From Eutreptiella sp. 'Long Island Sound 2002' (Eukaryota; Protista; Euglenida): a stretch of DNA of 64,000 nt. Where the stretch lies: positions 20,770,001-20,834,000 of the forward strand of contig OZ038379.1 in assembly GCA_964036045.1 (NCBI GenBank), given 5' to 3'. Shown piece by piece: positions 23,831-35,200 of this stretch; the stretch's first letter is position 1; each line of letters begins with the position of its first letter. Below the pieces are notes generated by a model. That model saw only the letters and a program-made list of their open reading frames with translations, did no database searches and was not told where the DNA came from. Made by a program: the position numbers and the translations under genes.

Positions 23831-25149
23831 TGAACAAAAAAATTGCTGCTTGAAGCCAAACTAGAAAGTCACCGCAAAGGGGGTTACAAACATGGGTTTC
23901 AGACCCAAAAGTCAAACCAGTAAGTGGGTTCCCGGTCTTGGTTTAAGATCTGAAAGGGGGTATTTACTAGGGCCATATAGGGGGCTACCGGATTGACTTT
24001 TTGACCTGAAAGTGACTTACTGGTGGGGGTTGTAGGTATTTGCCGGTCCTGGCTAGTTTCTTGCTACTGATGTTGCTGCTGCTACCACCGCTGCTACTAC
24101 CACCGCTGTTGTTGCTGTTGTTGCCACTGGGCCGTAAGGCCCGCCGTATGCTGTCCGGCCGCGGGGGAGGGGCTCTGCGGCCGCCAGCGACGCTCAGCTG
24201 TAAAGCTGACCCCAATGATTATCCCGCCGGATTGGCCCTGCCGTACTGGTGGCAACGGACGGAGTTCCGGACGAACGGAAGGTATATTTGTGGATGGTAG
24301 GTCGGGCCCTACAAAACTATAGTCGGGCTTTTTTTTTTACTGGCCACAATCCGGATTTCTGGTCAAAAATCGGCGTGCACGCGTGACCAATGGCTGTCGC
24401 CGACATTTTGACTGTCCAATTCAGCACCTGGCTAGAGTTGACGAAAATTCGATTTAAGACCATGAATGTGAAGGGTTTTAAAGGCCGAATAATGCTGTTA
24501 AATCGGATTTCCGCAAAACTGCACGAATCACCGTTTCGGAACACCGATCGCCGATTTGCGCCAACTGGCTGTCCGACGCTCGGATTTTGACCAAATATTC
24601 GTGTTCAGCGTCAAAAACTACCCAGATTTAGCTTTCGGTTTATCAAAATCCGAGCCGGTAGGCCAAAGATATGATTTTTTCGATTTTTGATAAAGGTGGC
24701 TCAGTTTGGCCATTTTGGCCTGTTTCGTGGGACTGTCGTAGCGAAACCACGGGGATCTAGCAATGAACCACGTGACAATCCAAGTTCATTTGTACCCAAA
24801 TGATGTAAAAATCCCCAAGGTTGACCCCTCTAGCCTCCTCTTGATGCCTAGAAAGAGGGTACAAAATGTAGAAAAAACAGTACTCAGATGAGGTTGCTGT
24901 CTCCATTTTACAGCCTTGTCGAAGCGCTATATGCCGTTCCAGGGATCGAACCTTTGTGCAAACTAGTCCCGTATGGGTCCAATGGAACGGGCATAAGCAA
25001 TGTTACGTCCCTATGGCCTCTATAGAGAGCACATGGGGGCGAAAACTCAAAGATACGTGCTTTTTAAGCTGTGTTTTTGGGTGCTGTCACAACACCCGCG
25101 TACCAGAATCATGGGTCTCCCCCCCGGTGTTCCGGTTGCATGCCCATGC

Positions 25150-25940
25150 TTCCATGGTACTTCAACCAAGCATATTTGAGTAGTTTGGACCTAGAGGGAG
25201 GGGAATGGCCACTAGTTTGCCTGGTGTACCCCCAAAGACCCCTAGATATAGCAGCCGGGGGTTTGGCATTTTGGTCAAAAATGGACATTTTCGGTTTGTG
25301 GGTCCATTTGTCGGAGGTCGTTCTCCGACATACCGTGGAGTTAGAACAAAGTGTTGGGCTCGTTTGAAAGCTGAGAACATGTCCTAAAAGGATAACACGA
25401 CCCGTCACAGGCCGTCTCACACCAATTCCACGCAAAAATTGCATCTTTGGTGGTCATTTTTGACAAAAATCAGTTGTATCTTGTGTGTACCCTGCCACGT
25501 CAAAATGTGTACCTGTCGGCACGTAGTCAAGTAGGAAGCACATATGTTACTAAGCCCTCAACCAAGCATAATGGAGTTATTTGGAGCTAGAAGAATGCAA
25601 AAGGTCAATTGTTTGCCCATTGAAGTCCCGTTGGCCCGGATTTATAAGTGTTGGGGGTTTTGCATTTTTGTCAAAAGTAGCAATTTACAGTTTATGCTTC
25701 CATTTGTCGGACTTCGTTCTCGAACATATTGTTGAGTTGGAACGAACCGTTTGGCTCGTTGGAAAGGAGAAGAAATATCGTAATAGAATTCGAGGAATGA
25801 TCATAGTCTAGCTTGTGACCATTTTCCGCAAAAATCAGGTTTTTAGTCATGATTTTCGGTCAAAATCAACGCAATGAAACGTGTACTTGTTGGTACGTAC
25901 CAAAATTTCTGATACTTTCGGCTTTCTAGGCTTGGGAAGG
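25150..25940. repeat. Two diverged tandem copies of an about 395-bp unit
   Basis: Anchor ccatttgtcgga occurs at 25304 and 25700; anchor caaccaagcata occurs near 25164 and 25559. Confidence 0.7.
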
Positions 25941-25970
25941 AGGAGCATAGCGAGTCCTTCCCAAGCCTAG
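25926..25970. other. Perfect 16-bp stem hairpin with a 13-nt loop
   Basis: ctaggcttgggaagga (25926-25941) pairs with tccttcccaagcctag (25955-25970). Confidence 0.9.
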
Positions 25971-26619
25971 TCACAAAGCTAATGCCATGGATTCTTTCTT
26001 TTTTTTTTTATGTCTTTCTAACTGCATTTGCATTTGCATTGCATTGCATACCCATTTTGCAAGTGGGTAAATTTTTGCTGCAATGTATATTATGCTTAGA
26101 TCGTATTGTTCTCGTGATGGATCGCAGAAACACAGAAACTATTGTTTTGGGCGCGTGTAGTAGCATTTGGTGATGATAGTTGCTCTTTTTCATTTTCGTC
26201 ATTTTCTTTTTCGGCTGAATAATATAATGTGTACCAAAATCAGTGTATGGACCAAAAGTGTGATGTAACACAATCTGTATCACAATGAACAAGAGCTATG
26301 AAGTATGCATTCTTTGGTCTATTTTGGTTATTATTTTGACTAAAAAAATGAGCCATAATGCAATTCAACTATATCCATGCCCCTCCTATTAGAAACACAC
26401 ACAAAAAAACCCTGGTATGTGACATGGGCATGTGACACGGAAGTGACTAACACTAAGTACCACTATCCCGCCGGGTCTTGTCGCGGGTGGGCGGGCCGGG
26501 CTTCCCACAGCCCTTGTTGCTGCCGCCGCCATTGGAACTCGTACTCTTGCCGGTACTACTATTGTTGCCACCGCTCCCGCTAAGGGTGTTACCCTCGTAC
26601 CCTCGGACCTGCTGTGTGG

Positions 26620-29040
26620 CTAGTATCCTTTGTCCTTCTTGTCCTCTACCTCCATAACTACTTCTGCTTCTCGGTCTCCAACTTTCGTTGCCCGTTGCGC
26701 TGCTTTTCTCACTGCTTTTTTCTCTACCCGCCGCGTTGCTTTCTTCTCCACCTTTGCGAGGATCTCACGTGGCAGTGCAAGCTCGCCCTTCAATTCATGG
26801 CGCTTGTCTTGCACGCGCTTTTTCTCTTTTGCGCTCCTTTGGGCTGCCAATTGATTTTGCCAAGCGGTCAACCCCATTTCAAGGATAGCCTTCTCTTCCT
26901 CTGGAACCTCCCATTTTGCCTTTTGCTCTGGCGTAAAAGGAAATTCCTTTTGAGCGTCATCCACTTGCAAGTGGGCTGCCATAATGTACCTGGACTCCCA
27001 ACGTCCACATCCAGGCACGAAACATAGGAGGGGCTTATTATGAACAACTTGCTTTTGCACGGAGGCCACGTTCATGGTGGCAATGATGGGCACATGAGGT
27101 GGGGGCCATTTGCCATTGTGCATCACCGCACCACACCTTGCTCATTTGGAGGCGGCATGTGCTATCAATGTGCCCACAGAAGAGACAAGGGGGACAAACT
27201 CCAATTGCCTCACCTCGGCCCATGTGGAATGGGCTCGGCCAATGTGCAGCATCAAATCCTTCCCAGTAACCTACATTTGGCAAGTATGGCACTGATGGTC
27301 CCCGAGCTTCAAAGTTGGCATTGCCGGAAAGGGCTTCACACCATCATAAGGGCTCAAAGCAACCACTGGTGCATGCACCTTCCGAGAGAGTAACCCATCA
27401 GCAATTGTGGTGACACCTTCTACACGCACTGACCACGCCCCATCAACTACATAATTTGGGTTGATGAAATGCACATCCATGTATGCAAATGTCACTTTTT
27501 CATCTGCATTTGACACATATTGCAAGACAACATCCTCATCTACTCAGCATGGGCACACCAACCACAGAGCCGTACATTGAGTTCAAGGCAACGTGTGTTG
27601 GTTCCCGGACAGATTTGCCATGCAACAAGCCCTCCAACACAGCGAAGACCCATGCAGTGCTCTTCAAGCCAGTGGTGCGCTTTCCGGCTTGGTAATTAAT
27701 CAACGCAATGAAGGGTGCCCCAATCCATAGTGTTTCACCAAGTGGGGTCTCAACACACTCTGTTGCTACATGGGGTTAGTTGTTCCTCCCTCTTTGCGCA
27801 CCAGATGGTCTGAGCTGTGCTTCACTCTTTTCTTGTTGAACTTCTCTTTGACAACGGTCATGATATCAGCATCTTTGCTAGTATTGCAACCGCCCACCAT
27901 TCATGTACACCTCCACAGAATCACACAGGGTTGGGGTCAAAGTGGGCAGTGGGCAATCATCCAAATTGGCTACCGCCTCGTCATCATCCAGGTCCACCTC
28001 ATCAACCGTCGCGAGCAGCTCACCATTAGGCTCAAGCGTAGTGATCCCTTGGGCCTCCCAGCTGGTGAACTTCTCAACATAGCTGGTGAACTTCTCAACG
28101 TAGTCAGTGAACAAGGGGTGGCAAACACAATGGACAATGCCTCCTTTGTGGCTGCACACAACATGTCAACGACACACAGGGCTGAGACACACACATTGCC
28201 TTTGTAAGTATGTAGCCACAAACAATCTACCCCATTGGGACCACCTGGCTTCAACCATTAAGAACGCTTACTGTAGATCTCAACAGCCAACGCAGCAAGG
28301 TCTAAGCGCTATGCCAGCTGGACATCCATGCAATTTTTGTCGCTGCTCATCATTCTCACTAGGTTGAACAAATCTTCCAGACGAGACACGGCGCAATGTT
28401 GAGATTGCAATACGCTTGTCAGCACGATGTGCGTTTGCGCGCTTTGCTAATTTCAGGACTCCAAGCTTGAAATGTGGTGTGCCGGAATCGGCATTGCATT
28501 CCTCGCGCATCCATTTGCACATCGGTGGGTTGTGTGGCACCTCATGGCACGGAGTGCAAGGCAATTTTTCACCAAATTCACCGTAGCGTGCCTTTCTGGT
28601 ACACGGGGGGTCTAGTGACACAATCCCCATGCCATCCCCATACATCCAGTGGACCCTCTCGTATGCATGCTGCATTACGGGGTACATCTACCACGCAGGG
28701 CGTTGGCATTTGGAATACCCAACGGCAGGGCTCCTACGCACTTGTGAATGCTGGCTAGGGAAGGACCACTACCTTGTGTCTCTAGGTCATTGGCTGCAAC
28801 CTCATCTTCCCCATCATTCTCTATTTGAGGGGGCACCTCCTCCGTAGCCCGTATGGAGGCGGCAGAGAAAATTGTGTCACGGCCAATTGGCGTTTGGTCT
28901 TCAGTGGCATGGTTGTGCTTGCCTAATGTTTCGGGCCCTGGCAATGGGCAGCAAATTGTTGTGTGTCCAGACCGGCCAAGACGGATAGCCGCTCCCCACA
29001 AATACAGTTCCACCGGCTCGCAGTACGGTTTGCCCATGCA
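26620..29040 (-). pseudogene. Decayed ORF with Cys/His zinc-binding clusters and a charged C-terminal coil; probably transposon-derived
   Basis: Fragments across frames: PCTPCHEV, CHTCQM...LMLHIGRAH (C2H2-like), PCLFCG, CFVPGC...RYIMAAH, then a K/E/R-rich helix. Many stops and frameshifts. Confidence 0.35.
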
Positions 29041-30894
29041 ATGTTCAAAGGAGAAGAGAAAGCGAAGAGGATGACATGTCTACAATGCAAATGAAAACAC
29101 GCTTGTACCAACATCTAAAATGCGCTGTAAAACAAGGACCCACACCATTGACCTTTTCTCTAGCCCAAATTGTGAAGCACAACATCCAATTGATACATCA
29201 ATGTGTTCGAAGCATTCGTTACATGCCATGTGCAAAGGAGTTATTCATACATATTCACTAATTTGGTACAAAATAGCAGATTTATATACCAAGAATTGTT
29301 CCCAAGTAAAAAAAGTTCCAACTGCTACAAATATTAGTGACAGGTTTTTTCGCAGGCTACCCCCAGAGGGGGGAGGGGGTGCCAAAAAATCTTCCACGTA
29401 CGAAGTTTTTTTTCTCACACCCCCTCTGGATCGTGTGAATCTAAAGCCGACATTGTGTGCATTTTCTTGGCACCAAGACTGCTGTGCCGGCCAGTAGAGG
29501 AGTCTGACGAGGCCCCCATAGAGATGGTGCTCTGGTCCAAATCACCAGCAAAATACATAGTGTCGGCATCAGAATTGAACTTAAAAAGTTGTCCCCACGC
29601 ATTGGGGAGGCAAAACCAGGAGAGCATAGCAACTGAAGGTCCAAGGAGGCAAGCATACGAGTCGCTGGGCTGTCAGCCAAGTTGATGAAACCGGGGGACT
29701 TGGCTGGGTGTTGGGGTCAGGGTTGGGGTTAAGGATAGTGTTAGGGTGCAAAGTGGACAAAAAATTGCTTCGGGCGCCCATGGACCCCTGAGGCACCTTT
29801 GGCAACTAACTATTGGCCAGAGGGGCCCCCTGGCCGCAATTGGTCAGGTGTGGAACGCCACTTTCGCTCCAGCCGCGCCTGCCCCATGGCCTTCCTTGCG
29901 TAATCAGTTCTCAAGTTCGGGCTTGTGGCCAGTGGCCTGCTGCATTGTCCCAGTGTTCCAGTCCCTGCCTCCCTGGCTGGGGTCAGGGCTGTGGGATCAG
30001 GGCTTTGGGTTCTGGGCTTTATTGCCTGGGTCACTTGGCCGCTTGAGTCCGGGGTTCGGGTCGCGGCGTGCATTCGGTGTTCCATGTTTGGGTTGACTGC
30101 GCTTTAGGCGTGCTTGCTGGCGCTGGCCTCGCTTGGCCACACTCCCTACACTCAGTGGTCACCAGGGCATGGAGTGCACAGAGGCCCCCTGGGGGGGGGG
30201 GGTCCGCAGCCTAGGACCTGTGGAGTCGTCCCCCCCCCCCACGCCCCCGTGTTTGAAAGTCAACTCAACACTGCAGATTTTGTGCTAAAAATAAGTGCGA
30301 GAAAGAGACTGGATATCAAATTGCCTGCACACCACTTGCACCAGACTTGTAGCAGCACCCATTGCATGGACACAAAAGCGGCGTAGGTGAGAAACCCATT
30401 CAGGAATGTTATGAGAGAGCTGGAGCTAGCTTTGAGTCAGAATCGATGTTTTGAATGAGGGGATATGGTGGGTGCTCAGGGAGATGGTTAAGGCATCATG
30501 GACCCCTGTGACCCCTCCAGCGGCACAGAACGGTGGGTCAGATGCCTGCCAAAGGCCCCAAGCACCAGACTTTACAGGGTGTATCAGATGCTGCTTTGGA
30601 GAGGGAGAGGTGGAATGAAACAGTGATGAGTTTAGTGGGGTTAGGTAAGCAGAAGACATCTGTGGAGCGACATGGAGCTGGATCATTCACGCACCCTCTG
30701 CATGAATGAAGCTTCAGCTAAAGCCACCTCAAGCAAGGCGTTGCCAATGCCGCAAAGCAGCAAAACGACCAAGTCCCACAAATTGAACAGCATCAAGGAC
30801 ATAGAGACATCCATCTGTGCTGCTCTTGTACCCGCGCCAGACACAATCCTACCCCCCCGCCTGTGTCCAATGAATAATTATGTCCCAAAAAAAT

Positions 30895-31410
30895 ACAGTC
30901 CGAACGGGTAGTGTTCGTTGGACACAGTGTTCGGTGCACGCGACAATGTTGTGAACCGGCAGTAACACATCCCTAGGCACGAGATACCCAGCCCATTCAA
31001 AGCACACTAAGAGCGGCGGATGGGTTTTCATAGTCGCGCCAATTTCGGTTGTATTCAGCCATACAAAGTCATCTCTATCATTGGAAGGCCCAAGAATTGT
31101 GGCTGGTACAAGCTCACCAGTGTGGTACCGCTTGTACAGCACCTCACGGCCAGGCGCCAGTAGAGAATCGGTCATGGTGGGCAATAGAGGTCCTATAGTT
31201 GAGGGATACCACTCCCTCACACCCCGCTTTGCAGTTTTGCACACCACTTCTGCAACATACAGCACACCAGCCCCTCATTTCCGCGCACCTTTAGCCTGAA
31301 ACCTCGGTTCTGAAGTCCGGTACCTAATTTAGTACCGAATTAATTAGGTTCCAAAAAAATACGGTTCGAACAGGAAGTGTTCGTTGGACACAGTGTTCGT
31401 TGGACACGGG
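30895..31410. repeat. Repeat-bounded segment carrying a short ORF fragment (LLAPGREVLYKRYHTGELVPATILGPS)
   Basis: An about 45-bp direct repeat aaaaaatac...gtgttcgttggacacagtgttcg occurs near 30890 and 31353. A minus-strand ORF spans 30849-31265. Confidence 0.45.
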
Positions 31411-33510
31411 GGGCGGGGGGTATGCACAACACACGGGGCAATCCATTTTGTTTGGAATGAGGTCTAACACCAGAAAAATCCCAACAAAAATAGACGCACG
31501 TGGCAACCGGAAATCATCATTGATGTGCCAATGCGAAGCGCAAGAACAAAAGTGCGAGGGATGCCACTTTAAGGTGGATATGCTTGGGATGATCCGATGA
31601 AGTAGCATGTTTTCATTGCTGGCAGGGCTGGTTCACGGAACATTCATATATTGTGAGTTCTTGCACACAACCTGTGTCCGAACAGCAGAGTGCCGCAGTC
31701 ACGTTCTGAACTCAAAGAGTCAATGGTGAAGGCTAAGCTGGGCATTGAAACGAAAAGTGTCACGAAAAGTGTAACGTACCAAGGGGAAGAATGGACAAGA
31801 AAAATATTGGTCGGCGCCCTCACAAAGGCTGTGACTGCTGGGAATCCTGGTTGATATGGGTTCAGTGCCCCTGTGAAGGTGAAGTGGGGTAGGCTAAGGG
31901 AGGGATCAGGTTAGAGCCAGGGCTAGTCGACCCCCCCCCTTCGGAGTGCCCCTTTGAAGATGAAATCGGGTAGGCCAAGGGCAAGATCAGGATAGGGGCA
32001 GGGCTATTGTCCAGCTCCCCCAACCACCACCACCATTGTTCAGCAACAAGCAACAAGTACGTGAAGCTGAAGCGTCAGAACGGAGTCAGATGCTGCCCAA
32101 TGTGGTATCTCCATTATTGAATGAAATGGGACCCAAGGTCAATGTAGGATGGCTGCTAAGGGCTGAGGGGGTGCTGTCCCAAAAATGAGGAACAAAGGCA
32201 ATTATCGTTTGATTGTCGTGCCCCCGACCCCCGCATCAGTGAACAAATCCCCAACATATCGGCGGAACGTATCCGCGAGCACATTTTTTTGGCCCAAAAA
32301 ATTGCAGAATGGGGTGTGTATTGTGTACATACAATGCAGTCTCCACCAGCCCATTTCCTGTATACAGCCTTGATTAGGGCTCAGAAGGGGGGTGGGGTTG
32401 AAGTGCAATCATCCCTTTAAAAGCGGGGTGCACAATACTTGTTCGAGAGGGTGTTTGCTGCCAAGGTGTCAATTGTGAACCACGTTGACTGGCTGGGCTG
32501 GGAGAAAATTGCACAACTCAGAGAGGATCCCCAACTTGGGCCACTGTGGAGGCTCTGCTTCCCCATGGTGTTGCACTATGTGCACCCACTGCCTGCAAAT
32601 TTGGTCATATCACACTTGCTAGAATCAAACAGAGTAGGAATGATAATGTGAAGGGAGCTTGAGAAATGGCACAACTCTGCTTGTTGTTTAGAGCTGGATC
32701 CAAGATTGAAGGTTTGCATGAACCAACCTGGACTTTGCCTCCCTATTACACTGTACTTGCGACTAGTTCCTCCATTGCAGGTGGCAAACAGCCACAACAA
32801 ATCAGTACTGCAGCATTGCAGAGATGGAGGAGACTACCTCTTGCCTCCTCTACTAGACCTGTTCGCATCTTCTACATCTTTCTTCATCTTGCAGTGCGTG
32901 AACGACATTCCCCTTGGGTGTACGGACTCTCCGGCTATTCAATGGCATTTTAAATTGTGTGCTTTTGGAGCATTCCTGTAGTTCCTGTAGTTAAGCTTTC
33001 ATCCGACACCCACCAAGACTCAAAAACCCAATTTTCCCTGAAGCAGAGGCATTGTTCCTAATGCAACAGTACATCACTTTTGAAATCCAAGGAAAACTGA
33101 CCTTTGGCGTTTTGGCTTTTTTTAAACTGTCCGAACACGGCACCGAACACGGCACCGAGGCAAGGGCGACCCCCTCCCTGCCAAGTCGCCTTCAGTAGAA
33201 AGGAAATGGCAACACAGTGACATGGAACCGACCAACGCTCACCTCCCCCAGCTTGCGGTGGACTCAACATGGGCCAGCGATCCAGAGCCAATGGCAGTTG
33301 GTCAAATGTTCGCGGCACGAGCAACTCTTACCAGTCAAAGCCAAGAACAAAATCGCACACTGCCAAGTAGATTGTGGCACTGTGCACAACGAGCATGTTG
33401 ACCAGGGGAGCAAAAGATAGGGGTAGGGTCAGCAGGGTCAAAGTGGAGCCTCCTATGGCTCAATACCCAACAAAGGTATCGGATGATGAATCACATAGGA
33501 CCAATCGACC

Positions 33511-34128
33511 TCAGCGGTACGGCACGAATCGGTCTTGAATGGTAGTGCGGCAGATGGGGCATTGCTTCACCTTCTCAGAGCATGGTTTGCACGTGGCTTC
33601 ATGTTTGCACGGAATGAACACCACACTCTTCTTGTTCTCCAGACAGATGCTGCACAGTGCCTTCTCATTTTGGGCTTGCTCACACGATTTCACAAACTGG
33701 AGACCCCACGTGAGCCACTTGCTTATCTCTTCCATGCTCATGTTCATGAGCTCGTCATCCGTTGGGGGAAGCCTGGCCTTCAATTGTTGCAACTGCTCCT
33801 GCTGATCTGCACCAATCGATTGCCCGCGCACCGCTCCAACTAGGCGTTGGCTCTCTCGCAGCATGTCCCTCTCTGCCAACAGCTGCCGGTTGGTCTCACG
33901 AAGCCTCGCGATAGCCGCGTCGTTGTCGATATTCGAAGATGAGGAGGCTGCTGCTGGGGGGCCCGCATTTGGGATAGGGGCGCTAGGAGTCCGAGTGGGA
34001 GGCGGCGTAGGAAGTCCAGGTGGCTGGGGGTCACGCTGCGAATACCACTGAGCAAGTTTAGACATCAAAAAAGGAACCAGTCGATACTTTGGCTGCCGGA
34101 GTGATGCACTCAGATCCAACTGGAACAA
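33511..34128 (-). CDS. Pro-rich linker + coiled coil + C-terminal RING finger (IAP/C3HC4-type); intact 3' part of a larger unit
   Basis: The RING reads CSICLENKKSVVFIPCKHEATCKPCSEKVKQCPICR. A heptad-like helix AAIARLRETNRQLLAERDML precedes it. The frame is open for 205 codons, with first ATG near 34065. Confidence 0.75.
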   Translation of the reverse strand: MFQLDLSASLRQPKYRLVPFLMSKLAQWYSQRDPQPPGLPTPPPTRTPSAPIPNAGPPAAASSSSNIDNDAAIARLRETNRQLLAERDMLRESQRLVGAVRGQSIGADQQEQLQQLKARLPPTDDELMNMSMEEISKWLTWGLQFVKSCEQAQNEKALCSICLENKKSVVFIPCKHEATCKPCSEKVKQCPICRTTIQDRFVPYR

Positions 34129-35200
34129 TCAAGCTAAGTGCCAATAAGGTGCCGTGCCACGCTGGTGGGTGAAACCAGGGTACATAGGAATTGTGGCAAC
34201 TTTTGTTCCCCCGATTCTCACTTGAACTGCATCATCGCGCAGCAGGCCTTTTGCAAATGCACTGTCATTTTGCTTGACCCGCCCTTGAACCAGAGTGACT
34301 TGATCAGACAAAGTAAATTATGAACAGGGCGTTCTTTAGAATTGTCCCCATTAAACCCAGACTAAATCCCATTGCCATCACCTGGACCAGACCTCTGGAC
34401 TATGCACTGCTACATGCAGCACTGCCTCGTATGCACCGTTGCGTATGGTGGGCTGTATTGCTCTGCACTGCTACGTACCGCTGGTGGCCTTGGTTGCGTT
34501 CTTCTTTTTGCACACAAGGAAAAACAGTGTCCCCTGGACCATGCCAGTCCAACCATGTCTCCCATCATTGGATGCAACTGCGGGTGGGTGTGTAATGCTA
34601 CAAAACTGAACAGCGCTGGAACTTTTTCTTGTTCTGTCGCACACAGGTTGTGCATGGCTGAAACTGCATGGTACAATTGCCGTGGCTGGTTTCTCGAGAC
34701 TTGAGGTCCCATATTGCCTCTTTCAGGCAGTTCAAATACCACATGCCTTGTGGATCCCCTTTTGAGGGCTGAGGGGGGGTCCTTGTACTGCGCGCACAGA
34801 GCGCGCTACTTTTGGAACGTACTTTCCAAAAAAGGCCTCCAAATTGCGCCCATTCCAAATGCCCACAGAACTATCTCCCAAAGAAGCCCATATTACAAGA
34901 CTAAATCCAAGTACATTAAGAAGCCAACTTATGCACCCAATTGTTGTGGTTCTTGTTCTTGTTCATGTGCTGCTCTCACAACCATTTGCATCCCAATACC
35001 CATGGCTTTTGCCGCAACATGCAAGAACATGAAAAGAATTTCTCGCAGAGGTTCTCATTCCACTCTTGCCGGTTGCATGCAAATCAAGTCATTATATCAA
35101 TCCTCCGACGGGGCTTGCTTCGTGCACAATGTGCCACGTCATGTTACCCATTTCTCATAGTTTTTTCCACTTCATCATGGAAGGTGTTGGTTTACCACCC
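34129..35200 (-). pseudogene. Decayed tyrosine-recombinase-like ORF upstream of, and partly in frame with, the RING ORF
   Basis: Degenerate motifs in YR order: YLDLVL*YGLL (R-box-like, about 34914-34879), WETWLDWH...VFPC, RCIRGSAA (HxxR-like, about 34438-34420) and SR*WQW. Many stops. Confidence 0.45.

Noticed and set aside
20400-24100. RAG2-like partner gene or RSS heptamer/nonamer ends next to the RAG1-like transposase
   Set aside because: No kelch-repeat or PHD ORF and no CACAGTG-type terminus were found at the apparent ends.
29706-29746. Telomeric repeat tract
   Set aside because: Only a few degenerate GGGTT(A/G)-like units occur internally; too short and irregular to call.
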